Shown here piece by piece: positions 30,881 to 39,916 of a stretch of DNA of 41,400 bases. The position numbers were made by a program, and so were the translations under genes. Source of the stretch: Archangiaceae bacterium (GTDB taxonomy: Bacteria; Myxococcota; Myxococcia; Myxococcales; Myxococcaceae); contig JAYVCD010000056.1 in the NCBI GenBank assembly GCA_043750125.1, positions 1-41,400 of the forward strand, in the 5' to 3' direction. Positions within the stretch are counted from its first letter, which is position 1. Each line of letters starts with the position of its first letter. The notes below the pieces were generated by a model. The model saw nothing but the letters and a program-made list of their open reading frames with translations. It searched no databases and was not told the DNA's origin.

Positions 30881-31995
30881 GAGACGCGACCCTCGCACTG
30901 GCAGATGGCACGGTCTTCACCGGCCGGGCGTTCGGGGCCCCGACCGAAACGATCGGAGAAGTCGTCTTCAACACCTCGATGTACGGGTACCAGGAAATCA
31001 TCACCGACCCTTCGTACGTCGGGCAGATCCTCACCTTTGCGTATCCCCACATCGGAAATGTCGGCGCCAACCCCGACGACCAGGAATCCAGCCGCCCCCA
31101 TGCAGTCGGCCTGGTGGTTCGCGAATTGTCCGAGGCCTCGAATTGGCGCTCGAAGGAATCGTTGGACGGGTACCTGACCCGCTGGGGCATTCCCGGGATT
31201 CAGGGGCTCGACACCCGGCAGCTGGTTCGTCACCTGCGGACCCACGGCTCGCAGATGGGAATCCTCTCGTCGGACGGTACCTCGCCCAAGGCGCTGGTCG
31301 AGAAGGCGTCCAGGGCGCGCGGAATGGAAGGGCTCGATCTCGCCAGCGGCATCTCGATCAAGGAACCGCTCGACTGGACCCGGTGCACCCCGGACCCGCT
31401 GACCGGCGCTGCAGCGGCTCAGACCACAGCGAAGTTCAAGGTAGTGGCGATCGACTACGGGCTGAAGAACGCGATGCTCCAGTTTCTGTGCGACGTGGGG
31501 TGTCACCTGACCGTGGTACCCGCGGGCACCAGCGCGGCGCAGATTCTCGCGCGCAAACCCCACGGGGTCTTCTTGACCAACGGCCCCGGAGATCCCGCGG
31601 CGGTGGTCGGAGCCGACAAGACCGTCGCCGAGCTGCTGGGCAAAGTGCCGGTGTTTGGCATCTGCCTCGGCCACCAGATCCTCGCGCTCGCGCTCGGGGC
31701 CCGCACCTACAAGATGAAGTTCGGGCACCGGGGAGCCAACCAGCCGGTGAAGGACCTCGCGACCGGAAAGGTCGAGATCACCTCGCAGAACCACGGCTTT
31801 GCGGTCGACGACAAGAGCCTGGGCAAGAAGGCGATCGTCACCCACGTGAACTTGAACGATCACACGGTCGAAGGGCTGTCGGTGCCCGACGCGCGCGCCT
31901 TCTCGGTGCAGTACCACCCCGAGGCGTCTCCGGGGCCCCACGATGCCCGCTACCTCTTTCAACGCTTCGCCGACTTGATGGCCACGAACGCATGA
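30877..31995 (+). CDS. carA: Carbamoyl-phosphate synthase small subunit
   Basis: [52 protein letters not shown] and QYHPE. ATGA overlap with the upstream gene. Confidence 0.97.
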   Translation: MRDATLALADGTVFTGRAFGAPTETIGEVVFNTSMYGYQEIITDPSYVGQILTFAYPHIGNVGANPDDQESSRPHAVGLVVRELSEASNWRSKESLDGYLTRWGIPGIQGLDTRQLVRHLRTHGSQMGILSSDGTSPKALVEKASRARGMEGLDLASGISIKEPLDWTRCTPDPLTGAAAAQTTAKFKVVAIDYGLKNAMLQFLCDVGCHLTVVPAGTSAAQILARKPHGVFLTNGPGDPAAVVGADKTVAELLGKVPVFGICLGHQILALALGARTYKMKFGHRGANQPVKDLATGKVEITSQNHGFAVDDKSLGKKAIVTHVNLNDHTVEGLSVPDARAFSVQYHPEASPGPHDARYLFQRFADLMATNA

Positions 31996-32633
31996 GCGAC
32001 AGCGCTTCGTTTCAGCCCTACCTCGATGAGCTGGTTTCCTTTGCCACGCCTGAGGCGCGCAAAGATGAGCTGGTCACTGCCCGCAAAGAATTTCTCGAGG
32101 TCACCGGCGAGATCTTCGAAGACGACAAGCAGTTCGAGGCCCGGATGTCCGCGCTGCTCGAGTACTTCCTCTTCGATCGGTTGCGCGAAGCGGGGCTGAC
32201 TCCGGCGGCCGAGCTGTATGCGCAGGTACTCAAAGAAGGGCCTCCCGAGCGCGCCGCGGCCTTCCGCGCCTTCACCGAAACGGTGCACGGGCTGTTCGAG
32301 GTGCGCAAGCTGGGCAAAGGCTGGGTGCTGTTGCGCGAGCTGTTCACCGGGCTCGACTTTCAGGTCACTGAGCGCCGCGCGCTGGCGGGGCTGACGAAGG
32401 GCGATGTGCTCGAGGCCCGCCTGATTCCTTTTGGCGGGCACTTCTGGTTTTCAGCTGCGTTCACCTGGCACCCCCGCAATGCGGTGCCGCTGATCTTGAA
32501 AGAAGTGAAGCGCCGAAAGAAGAAGGGGCTCGCTCAGCCCGCCGAATTCCTGGCCGATTGTGCCCGTCGTTCGCTGAAGGCAGATCGCTACCGCAACATC
32601 GCGATCGAAAAAATCTACGAGTTCGAAGTCTGA
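31992..32633 (+). CDS. Hypothetical protein
   Basis: ATG overlaps the carA stop; [14 protein letters not shown]...EYFLFDR...GLFEV...GDVLEARL. Normal codon usage. Confidence 0.78.
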   Translation: MSDSASFQPYLDELVSFATPEARKDELVTARKEFLEVTGEIFEDDKQFEARMSALLEYFLFDRLREAGLTPAAELYAQVLKEGPPERAAAFRAFTETVHGLFEVRKLGKGWVLLRELFTGLDFQVTERRALAGLTKGDVLEARLIPFGGHFWFSAAFTWHPRNAVPLILKEVKRRKKKGLAQPAEFLADCARRSLKADRYRNIAIEKIYEFEV

Positions 32634-32640
32634 CCCGCGC

Positions 32641-33012
32641 TCATCGTTGATCGAGCAGCTCGAGAAAACTGCGCAGCCGCTCGAGCGCTTCGTCGCCGAT
32701 TTCGACGAACTCGAGGCCCAGGCCTTCGCGAATCACGGTGACGTGCGCCGCCGGTTCCCGCCGCAGCTCGAGGCGGCTGCTTCCGAGCCGACAGACCCGC
32801 GCCTTCGCAGCCCACTTTCCAAGGTCTGGGAAGTTCAGCCCCAGCGTCACCTCATCGGACTCTTGCGGTTCCTCGCCCTGCCTGGGTTGCTCGATGAACG
32901 CTCCTCCCTCGGAAAGGTCGAGCAACCGGACCTTGATCGGGCGAGCTGCCCCCACCCGAAGCAGGCCAAACAATTCGACGCGGTAGCGAACCGGGCGATC
33001 TTCGGGAGGCAT
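32641..33012 (-). CDS. PilZ domain protein
   Basis: LLDLSEGGAFI and GLGLEF motifs; the RxxxR motif is imperfect. Confidence 0.8.
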   Translation of the reverse strand: MPPEDRPVRYRVELFGLLRVGAARPIKVRLLDLSEGGAFIEQPRQGEEPQESDEVTLGLNFPDLGKWAAKARVCRLGSSRLELRREPAAHVTVIREGLGLEFVEIGDEALERLRSFLELLDQR

Positions 33013-33146
33013 CGTTTCAGGTCCGAGTCAGCCGGGGAATTTGGCTGAAAATACAGCCGAGGGGCGCCTTTCGCATTGGGCGCGACAGTACGCCCAAGTG
33101 GGCGCAGTCGGCGCAGATGTGCAACGGCAGGGGCCTCAGGCGCACC

Positions 33147-33175
33147 TTGACGAGGTGGGTTGGCGTCCCTAGAAT
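33147..33175 (+). promoter_or_regulatory. Near-consensus sigma70 promoter
   Basis: TTGACG, 17 nt spacer, TAGAAT, in the divergent intergenic region upstream of the second PilZ gene. Confidence 0.65.
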
Positions 33176-33265
33176 TTCCAGCGTTTAGGCGAGCCGTTTC
33201 AAATGTCGTTGAGGCCAACCGGGGGGATCTCGCAGGTGATCGACTTGCGAACCGGAGGGCAGGGA

Positions 33266-33613
33266 TTGGCTGAAGACAATAGAAAGTGTGGGCGGGTGCC
33301 TTCGCGATTGCGCTGCTGGTGCGAAGGGGAAAACGTCACGGTTTACGCGCGAATCGGGAACCTGAGTGAAGGGGGTTTGTTCCTTCGAACCAGCACCCCT
33401 TTGGAACGGGGCTCACGGACGGTGGTCCGCTTCGGGGATACGAACATCGAAGCGACGGCGCAGGTGGTATGGGCGCGGAAGGAAGAAGGGCTTGAGGGTC
33501 CACCCGGAATGGGGCTGGTGTTCGTCGACATTGAGGACAGTCGCCTCGAGCAGATACGCAAGCTGGTAGAAGTCGAGCAGAGCGCAGCAAAGAACGGAAA
33601 AAACGGGAGCTGA
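33266..33613 (+). CDS. PilZ domain protein (myxobacterial TIGR02266-like)
   Basis: RKCGR (RxxxR), NLSEGGLFL, AQVVW and PGMGLVF. TTG start chosen after GGAGGG; alternatives at 33203 and 33236. Confidence 0.85.
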   Translation: MAEDNRKCGRVPSRLRCWCEGENVTVYARIGNLSEGGLFLRTSTPLERGSRTVVRFGDTNIEATAQVVWARKEEGLEGPPGMGLVFVDIEDSRLEQIRKLVEVEQSAAKNGKNGS

Positions 33614-33616
33614 ACT

Positions 33617-34348
33617 TTGCGGATCGCGATCATTTCCGACATCCACTCGAACGTCGAAGCGCTCACCGAAGTGCTCAAAGTGGTCGATCACCAGAAAGTC
33701 GATCGCCTCGTTTCGCTGGGCGACATCGTCGGCTACGGCGCTTCTCCCAACCCCTGCTGCGAGCTGGTGCGCCAGAACGCAGAGGTGACCCTGTTGGGCA
33801 ACCATGACGCGGCCGTGGCCGGGCGCATGGACTACTCGTTCTATTACGACGCCGCTCGTCACGCGCTGGACTGGTCGGCCAACGTGATTACCGACGAGAA
33901 CCTGGGGTGGCTGCGAAGCCTTCCGTATACCTACCGAATCGGCGACGTGGGCTTCAGCCACGGTTCCCCGATCGAGCCGCGCGCCTACGAGTACATCTTC
34001 GCGCTCGAGCAGGCGCGCGAGCTGATGCCGCACGCGGTCGATCTGCCCGAAGTGACCTTCATCGGGCACAGCCACCTGTGCAAGGCGTTCGCGATCGGCA
34101 ATGGCGAAGTGAACGATGTGGTCGCCCAGAAGTTCGGAATTCGCAAAGGCTACAAGTACATCATCTCGGTCGGCTCGGTCGGCCAGCCCCGGGACTACGA
34201 CAACCGCGCCTGCTTCGTCATCTGCGACACCGATGCGCGGACGGTCGAATACCTGCGGGTCGAATACGACATCGAGGCCTCGGCGCAGCGCATCTTCGAC
34301 GCGGACCTGGCGCTCAACTTCGGCAAGCGGTTGTTCCTCGGCGTTTGA
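33617..34348 (+). CDS. Calcineurin-like metallophosphoesterase
   Basis: SDIHSN, GDIVGYG, GNHD, HGSP, GHSH and GSVGQPRD metal-ligand motifs. Confidence 0.92.
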   Translation: MRIAIISDIHSNVEALTEVLKVVDHQKVDRLVSLGDIVGYGASPNPCCELVRQNAEVTLLGNHDAAVAGRMDYSFYYDAARHALDWSANVITDENLGWLRSLPYTYRIGDVGFSHGSPIEPRAYEYIFALEQARELMPHAVDLPEVTFIGHSHLCKAFAIGNGEVNDVVAQKFGIRKGYKYIISVGSVGQPRDYDNRACFVICDTDARTVEYLRVEYDIEASAQRIFDADLALNFGKRLFLGV

Positions 34349-34382
34349 AAGTCGGGCCGCAGACCTGAAGCTGACCTATGTC

Positions 34383-35039
34383 ATGCGGCGCATGACTCGA
34401 ACTCTCTTGTTGTTGCTCGCTGCAGCGGCCCTCGTGACCGGCTGTCGCAAACCGTTGCCTTCGTCCGACTACATCGAAGCGTCGAACCGCTACACCGACC
34501 TGCTCGCCGTTCAGGGGGACGCAGCGTATGCCTCGAACTCGATGGACGAGGTCGTCGCCCAGCTGCAGCGGGTTTCACCGAAGAGCTCGGACCACGCGGC
34601 CGCACTCGCCCTGGTCGCGACCATCGGGGTCGAGCGGGCCCGGTTGGCAAGCGAGGGGGCGAAAAGAAGCAGCCCGTCTGTACCTGAAGCCGCTCCGACC
34701 TTTCCCGCGTTCGCGGCGATCGATTCTCGACAGCCTCAGGAAGTGGTGGTGGTCCCGGACGCAGCGGTGAGCGAGCTGGCTCGGGGCGCAGACTTCGGTG
34801 CGCTGCAGCGAAAATACGTGGGCTGCCTGCTCTCGAACGGGCCGATTACGATCGTCGCACCGGACGGCGGGGGCTCAGAGGCAGAAGGCTTCGAGCTTCA
34901 TGACAGTGACTCTTGTCGCAGCCGCCTACCGGAGTTCGGGCCCAGCGTGCTGATTGTCCAGGCGGGAAAAATCGCCTACCTGATGCCCAGGAGCGCGGTC
35001 AGGCTCGTCACCTCGCGTACGGACGGCGGCTCGAATTAA
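34383..35039 (+). CDS. Hypothetical lipoprotein
   Basis: MRRMTRTLLLLLAAAALVTGC lipobox. Start could be 34392. Confidence 0.75.
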   Translation: MRRMTRTLLLLLAAAALVTGCRKPLPSSDYIEASNRYTDLLAVQGDAAYASNSMDEVVAQLQRVSPKSSDHAAALALVATIGVERARLASEGAKRSSPSVPEAAPTFPAFAAIDSRQPQEVVVVPDAAVSELARGADFGALQRKYVGCLLSNGPITIVAPDGGGSEAEGFELHDSDSCRSRLPEFGPSVLIVQAGKIAYLMPRSAVRLVTSRTDGGSN

Positions 35040-35048
35040 GGGACCCTG

Positions 35049-35891
35049 ATGGAACAGCAGACCTTCATGAACTTGATGCGGCTGGTGCCGAAGTCGGCGC
35101 TGTCCAACGCGGTCGGAATGGCGACCCGGTTTCCGGCGCCCGCTTCGATGCACCACGCGGCGATTCGGATCTTCGCCCGGCGATATCGAATCAACCTCGA
35201 GGAAGCCGAGGGCCGCATCGAGGACTACCCGACGCTGGGTCAATTCTTCACCCGGCGGCTCAAGCCGGGAATGCGTCAGATCGACCCCGCGCCTGACGCG
35301 ATCGTCTCACCGGTCGATGGAGCGGTCTCGCAGGTCGGCAAGGTCTTCGTCGGTGAATGCCTTCAGGCCAAGGGAATCTCGTTCCCGGTCGACAAGCTGC
35401 TGGGAGACCCGAAGGAAGCCGCGCGCTTCGAAGACGGGACGTTCGCGACGCTCTACCTGGCTCCGAAGGACTACCACCGGATCCACAGCCCGCTGGAAGG
35501 CGAGATCACCGGGTACAACTATCTTCCGGGGAAGTTCTGGCCGGTCAACCCGGCGTCGGTGAACACCACTGACGCGCTGTTCGCGATCAACGAACGGTTG
35601 GTGACGTACTTGAAGACCGACCTGGGCCAGGTCGCGGTCGTGGCGGTCGGTGCCACCTGCGTCTCGCGCATTCACGCCAGCTACGACGCGATCCTCACCC
35701 ACACCGGGCAGCCCGCGCGCGCCCACAAATACGATCGACCGATTCCGATCAGCCGCGGGGGCGAGCTGGGAATGTTCGAGATGGGCTCGACGGTGATCCT
35801 GCTCTTCGAGAAGGGCAAGATCGCCTGGGACCCGAAGCTGGTGCCGGACCTTCCGGTGCGGTTGGGCGAACGAATCGGGCGGCGGCTGTGA
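35049..35891 (+). CDS. psd: Phosphatidylserine decarboxylase proenzyme
   Basis: FFTRRLK, SPVDG, YLAPKDYHRIHSP, LFAINER and autocleavage site MGSTV. Confidence 0.94.
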   Translation: MEQQTFMNLMRLVPKSALSNAVGMATRFPAPASMHHAAIRIFARRYRINLEEAEGRIEDYPTLGQFFTRRLKPGMRQIDPAPDAIVSPVDGAVSQVGKVFVGECLQAKGISFPVDKLLGDPKEAARFEDGTFATLYLAPKDYHRIHSPLEGEITGYNYLPGKFWPVNPASVNTTDALFAINERLVTYLKTDLGQVAVVAVGATCVSRIHASYDAILTHTGQPARAHKYDRPIPISRGGELGMFEMGSTVILLFEKGKIAWDPKLVPDLPVRLGERIGRRL

Positions 35892-37138
35892 GCAAGTACA
35901 GCAGCGTGAAGGGAATGAACGACCTCCTCGCTCCGACGATCGACACCTGGCACCACCTCGAGAAGATCGCTCACGAGACGTTGTCCCGGTACGGGTTTGC
36001 CGAGATCCGAACGCCGATCGTCGAGGACACCGAGCTGTTCACCCGCAGCGTGGGCGAGAGCTCGGAAATCGTCGGGAAAGAGATGTACAACTTCGAGGAC
36101 AAGGGCGGCCGCAACATCGCGATGCGCCCCGAGAACACCGCGCCCGCTGCCCGCGCGTACCTCGAACATTCGCTGCACCAGAAAGAGCCGATCACCCGCT
36201 GGTATTACCTGGGCCAGATGTTCCGGTACGAGCGGATGAAGACCGGGCGCACTCGGCAGTTCTGGCAGCTGGGGGTCGAAGCCTACGGCTCGGGCGAGCC
36301 GGCGCAGGACGCCGAAGTGATGGAACTGGCGGTTCATTTTATCGAGCGGCTGGGGCTCTCGGACGTTCGTCTCGAGATCAACTCGCTGGGCGATGAGAGC
36401 AGCCGGCCCGCCTACCTCGAACGGGTGAAGGCCCACTTCAGTCCGCACGCGGGGCTGATGAGCGAGGACGCGAAGAACACCCTTGCGACCAACCCGATGC
36501 GGCTGCTCGACAGCAAAGAAGAGCCGCTGCGCGCCTTGATTGCCCAGGCGCCGGTGATGCTCGACTGCCTCGACGAAGGAAGCCGCGCGCACTTCGCGGA
36601 AGTTCAGCGCCTGCTGACGCTGCTGGGGGTGCCGTTCACGATCAACCCGCGGCTGGTCCGGGGCCTCGACTACTACACCCGCACCGCGTTCGAGCTGGTC
36701 GCGAAGTCCGAAGTGCTGGGCACCGCGAGCACGGTCGGGGGAGGGGGTCGATACGATCGGCTGATCGAACAGCTGGGGGGCCCGAAGGTTCCCGCGGTCG
36801 GGTGGGCGATGGGGCTCGATCGCCTGGTGCTGCTGCTCGGAGACAAGTTCAAGGCCGAGCCTCCGGTGTTGTTCATTCTTCCGGTCGACGGTCCTTCGAA
36901 AGATGCGGCGTTGAAGCTTGCGACCCAGCTGCGTCATGACGGGCTGAAGGTCGACCTCGACGCTCGAGCCGGGTCGTTGAAGGCGCAGTTCAAGCGCGCC
37001 GCCCACGTCGGAGCGACCTACGTGATGGTGCTCGGAGAACGCGAGCTGACCCAACGAAAAGCCAAGCTCAAGCGCCAGTCCGATGGAGTCGAACGCGACG
37101 TTCTTCTCGACGGGCTGGCCGCCGAGCTCAAGGCGTGA
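35888..37138 (+). CDS. hisS: Histidine--tRNA ligase
   Basis: KEMYNF, RPENTA, MFRYER..GRTRQFWQLGVE, LVRGLDYYT and GGGRYD. Confidence 0.96.
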   Translation: MSKYSSVKGMNDLLAPTIDTWHHLEKIAHETLSRYGFAEIRTPIVEDTELFTRSVGESSEIVGKEMYNFEDKGGRNIAMRPENTAPAARAYLEHSLHQKEPITRWYYLGQMFRYERMKTGRTRQFWQLGVEAYGSGEPAQDAEVMELAVHFIERLGLSDVRLEINSLGDESSRPAYLERVKAHFSPHAGLMSEDAKNTLATNPMRLLDSKEEPLRALIAQAPVMLDCLDEGSRAHFAEVQRLLTLLGVPFTINPRLVRGLDYYTRTAFELVAKSEVLGTASTVGGGGRYDRLIEQLGGPKVPAVGWAMGLDRLVLLLGDKFKAEPPVLFILPVDGPSKDAALKLATQLRHDGLKVDLDARAGSLKAQFKRAAHVGATYVMVLGERELTQRKAKLKRQSDGVERDVLLDGLAAELKA

Positions 37139-37141
37139 AGG

Positions 37142-38023
37142 GTGGGGCCTGCGCTGACGGTCGTCGCCGGGCCCACCGCGTCGGGCAAATCGAGTCTCGC
37201 GCTCGCGCTGGCTCGACAGCTCGACGCTGAAATCGTCGGGGCCGATTCCCAGCAGGTCTATCGCCACTTCGACCTGGGCACCGCCAAGCCTTCGGCCGAA
37301 GAGCGGGCCGCGGTGCCTCATCACCTCGCCTCGGTGATCGACCCCCTCGAGGCCTTTTCGGCAGCGCGCTACCAGGCGCTGGCCGACGCGGCGATTTCAG
37401 ACATTCACGCCCGCGGAAAGAAGGTGGTGGTGGTGGGCGGCACGGGCCTGTACCTGCGGGTGCTGCTGCATGGGGTTGTGGCCGTGGTGGGCACGGATCT
37501 CGAGGTGCGGGCCGAGCTCGAGAAAAGCGACGACGCGGCGCTTCATGCGCGGCTGAAGCAAGTCGACCCGGTGACGGCGGCCCGGCTTCCGGTTGCGGAC
37601 CGGGTGAGGGTGATTCGTGCGCTCGAGATCCAGCAGGTGTCGGGGCGCGCCGCGTCGGTTCATCGGGCCGAGCACGCGTTCGCCGCGGACCGTTACCCGT
37701 TTGTCTTGTGGGTGCTCGACCCGCCTCGCGATGCGCTCTACGCGGCGATCAATGCGCGGACGCGGCGGATGTTCGAAGGCGGGTTGCTCGAGGAAGTGCG
37801 GTCGCTGGTCGCGGCAGGTTTTCGCGAGGCGGCGCCGATGCGCAGCGTCGGTTACGTCGAAGCGCTGGCAGTGGTCGAAGGTCGAATGTCACTCGAGACG
37901 GCCATCGCCGAGGCCGCTCAGCGCACCCGCCACTACGCCAAGCGTCAATTGACCTGGTTCAGGAAGGAACCCGGGGCCCGGTTTCTCAAGCCGCCGTGGG
38001 ACCTGGCGGCCCTGGTGGGTTGA
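37142..38023 (+). CDS. miaA: tRNA dimethylallyltransferase
   Basis: GPTASGKS, ADSQQVY..DLGTAKP, VGGTGLY, RVIRALE and TRHYAKRQLTWF. Confidence 0.96.
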   Translation: MGPALTVVAGPTASGKSSLALALARQLDAEIVGADSQQVYRHFDLGTAKPSAEERAAVPHHLASVIDPLEAFSAARYQALADAAISDIHARGKKVVVVGGTGLYLRVLLHGVVAVVGTDLEVRAELEKSDDAALHARLKQVDPVTAARLPVADRVRVIRALEIQQVSGRAASVHRAEHAFAADRYPFVLWVLDPPRDALYAAINARTRRMFEGGLLEEVRSLVAAGFREAAPMRSVGYVEALAVVEGRMSLETAIAEAAQRTRHYAKRQLTWFRKEPGARFLKPPWDLAALVG

Positions 38024-38027
38024 CGCT

Positions 38028-38774
38028 CTAGCGTCGGAACCGCATCGACCGACCGCCGCCGGCGAAGACCGGCTGGGCCTGCGGAGGCGCCTCGAGCCCC
38101 AGCTGCCACCAGCCCGGCTCCCAGGCCTTCATCTTCAGCTTCTTGTCGTTCTGCAGCGCAGTCAGGGCGCCCTTCAGCTTCTCGTCCGAAGGGTTCTGAC
38201 CGACTGCGCGCGCGAAGACTTTGATCGCCTTGTCCTTCTCTTTGATCTGCAGCAGGCACCACGCGTAGGCCGCCCACATCAGACCTTCTTTCTTCCCGTG
38301 GGTGACCGCGTTTTCGAAGCGGCGTTCCATCAACGGATAGTCCTTCTTCTGAAACGCCACCGCCGCGAGCATCGCCTGGGCGAGGTAATTGCGGGGGTTG
38401 GCCTGCGCCAGCTCGGGGACGGCGGCCTCGGTGTCCTTCACCATGTATTTGATCATGCCGATCTGGCCGTGGATCTCGGCCCCGACCAGGAACTGCCAGC
38501 GCTGGTAGACGAGCGCGGTCTCGAGCAGCTTGATCGCCTTCTCGATCTTGATCTTCTGCTCTCGCTGGTTCGGGGGCATCGCCTGAAGCTCTTTTTGGAC
38601 CTCGGTGTTGATCGCCTGCAGCTTCACGAAGATCCGTCGGCCGAGCAGAATGAAGGCGGCGATGAAGGCGATTGTCCCGGGAATGATTGCCGCCACCCAG
38701 GGAAAACCAAAACCCAATCGGATCAACACGGCGATGCCGAGACCGATGGCGAACGAGAGAACGAGGTTGATCAT
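38028..38774 (-). CDS. Membrane-anchored TPR protein
   Basis: Two N-terminal TM helices followed by TPR-like helices. Confidence 0.75.
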   Translation of the reverse strand: MINLVLSFAIGLGIAVLIRLGFGFPWVAAIIPGTIAFIAAFILLGRRIFVKLQAINTEVQKELQAMPPNQREQKIKIEKAIKLLETALVYQRWQFLVGAEIHGQIGMIKYMVKDTEAAVPELAQANPRNYLAQAMLAAVAFQKKDYPLMERRFENAVTHGKKEGLMWAAYAWCLLQIKEKDKAIKVFARAVGQNPSDEKLKGALTALQNDKKLKMKAWEPGWWQLGLEAPPQAQPVFAGGGRSMRFRR

Positions 38775-38862
38775 TGCCGCGCGGCTTTACCAACAAAGGC
38801 AGTCCAGATGCATCTTCGTCGTCCAACGAGACGACAGAGTTGATATAGCGCCGGCCGTTCAA

Positions 38863-38944
38863 GGCCCCCTGTCGAAATTGGTAGACGAGACGGACTCAAA
38901 ATCCGTTGCCGCGAGGCGTCCCGGTTCGAGTCCGGGGAGGGCCA
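38863..38944 (+). tRNA. tRNA-Leu(CAA)
   Basis: Hand-folded cloverleaf: acceptor GGCCCCC/GAGGGCC (one C-A mismatch), D arm TCG-AAATTGGTAGA-CGA, anticodon arm ACGGA-CTCAAAA-TCCGT, long variable arm GCC-GCGA-GGC, T arm CCCGG-TTCGAGT-CCGGG, discriminator A. CCA is not encoded. Confidence 0.92.
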
Positions 38945-39169
38945 CACCGTTTTTGGGAAGCTCGTGGGTTGACCGCGGCAGACCACTTCCCACTCGAAGG
39001 CTGTGTAGCCCGGCGAGCGTTGGGAGAATGGGCACGGGGCGGCATAGGTCCCCCTTCGGAACTGCTCGTGCACCCTTGCCGGCGAGGTAGCGCTGGACGA
39101 CCTCAGCTGTTGCGACACTCGCGGCTCGTGGTCTTGTCGACGCGCATCGCAGTTGCTATCCATTTGAGT

Positions 39170-39445
39170 ATGAAGACGACGACCCTGCCTCCGCTCCGTG
39201 TCGCCCCGAAGCTTCGAAGGGCCATTGAGTCCGTTCTTGAGGAGGGTGAGACCCTCTCGGCCTTCATGCTCGACGCCGTTGCGAAGAAGGCGGAAGTGCG
39301 TCGCGACCAACGGGCATTTGTCGATAAGGCGATGGCCCGCTCCCGAGAGGCCGAGCGCACCGGGAAGTCCGTTCGTGGTGAGGTGGTGTTCAAGCGACTC
39401 GAACGGGTGCTGGCTCGTGCAAAGAGGAAAGCCGGGACGCGATGA
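39170..39445 (+). CDS. Putative antitoxin (YlcI/YnfO-like ribbon-helix-helix)
   Basis: MKTTTLPPLRVAPKLRRAIESVLEEGETLSAFMLDAV..., 91 aa, with an ATGA overlap into the downstream toxin. Confidence 0.8.
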   Translation: MKTTTLPPLRVAPKLRRAIESVLEEGETLSAFMLDAVAKKAEVRRDQRAFVDKAMARSREAERTGKSVRGEVVFKRLERVLARAKRKAGTR

Positions 39446-39738
39446 CCACTCGCGAGATTCGTTTCGCTGCAGGTGCCGACGACGATCTCGTTCGCCTCTA
39501 TGAATTCCTTGCCGAGAAGGACCTCGACGCCGCCGAGAAGGCGTTGGGGACGATCCGTCATGCGCTCATGATGGCCGCCGCCTTCCCCTTTTCGTGCCGA
39601 AAGGCGGGCAACGTCGGGTGGCTGCGCGAATGCGTGATTCCTTTCAGCCACGCAGGTTACGTTGCTGCCTTCGAGATCGCCGACGACCACATTGTGGTTC
39701 TCGCCGTACGCCACCAGCGCGAAGACGACTTTCACTGA
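39442..39738 (+). CDS. RelE/ParE-superfamily toxin
   Basis: 98 aa with ADDDLVRLYEFL, LRECVIPFSHAGYVAAFEI and VLAVRHQRE. Confidence 0.87.
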   Translation: MTTREIRFAAGADDDLVRLYEFLAEKDLDAAEKALGTIRHALMMAAAFPFSCRKAGNVGWLRECVIPFSHAGYVAAFEIADDHIVVLAVRHQREDDFH

Positions 39739-39819
39739 TGCTCCTGGATGCCGATTGGAACCTCAGCCGACGTGCACCCCCGGAAAAACTGCCGAAGTGT
39801 TTAAGGCCATGCCCAGAGC

Positions 39820-39901
39820 CGGCCCCTGTCGAGATTGGTAGCCGAAACGGACTCAAAATCCGTTGCCGCGAGGCGTCCCGGATCGAGTCCGGGGTGGGCA
39901 A
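39820..39901 (+). pseudogene. Degenerate full-length copy of tRNA-Leu(CAA) (pseudo-tRNA or tRNA-like RNA)
   Basis: 74/82 identical to 38863-38944 by manual alignment. Anticodon and variable arms are identical; invariant A14 and T54 are changed and the canonical acceptor pairing is broken. Confidence 0.85.
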
Positions 39902-39916
39902 CTAAAGGGTGACGTT

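Larger units (their letters stand above)
38863..39901 (+). mobile_element. Possible tRNA-bounded mini-island carrying only a TA module
   Basis: 82-bp imperfect direct repeats 957 bp apart enclose the TA pair. No integrase is present. Confidence 0.5.

Noticed and set aside
38953..38992. Imperfect hairpin TGGGAAG...CTTCCCA just after the tRNA
   Set aside because: It has no U-tract and an irregular stem, so I cannot support it as a terminator or att-site element.
39134..39162. Possible TA promoter TTGTCG-17-TATCCA giving a near-leaderless antitoxin mRNA
   Set aside because: The -10 lacks the conserved final T, which is too weak to call.
39059..39785. Short shared words (CGTGCACCC, ACCTCAGC) on both sides of the TA pair
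   Set aside because: The matches are only 8-9 nt and in a different order, compatible with chance.
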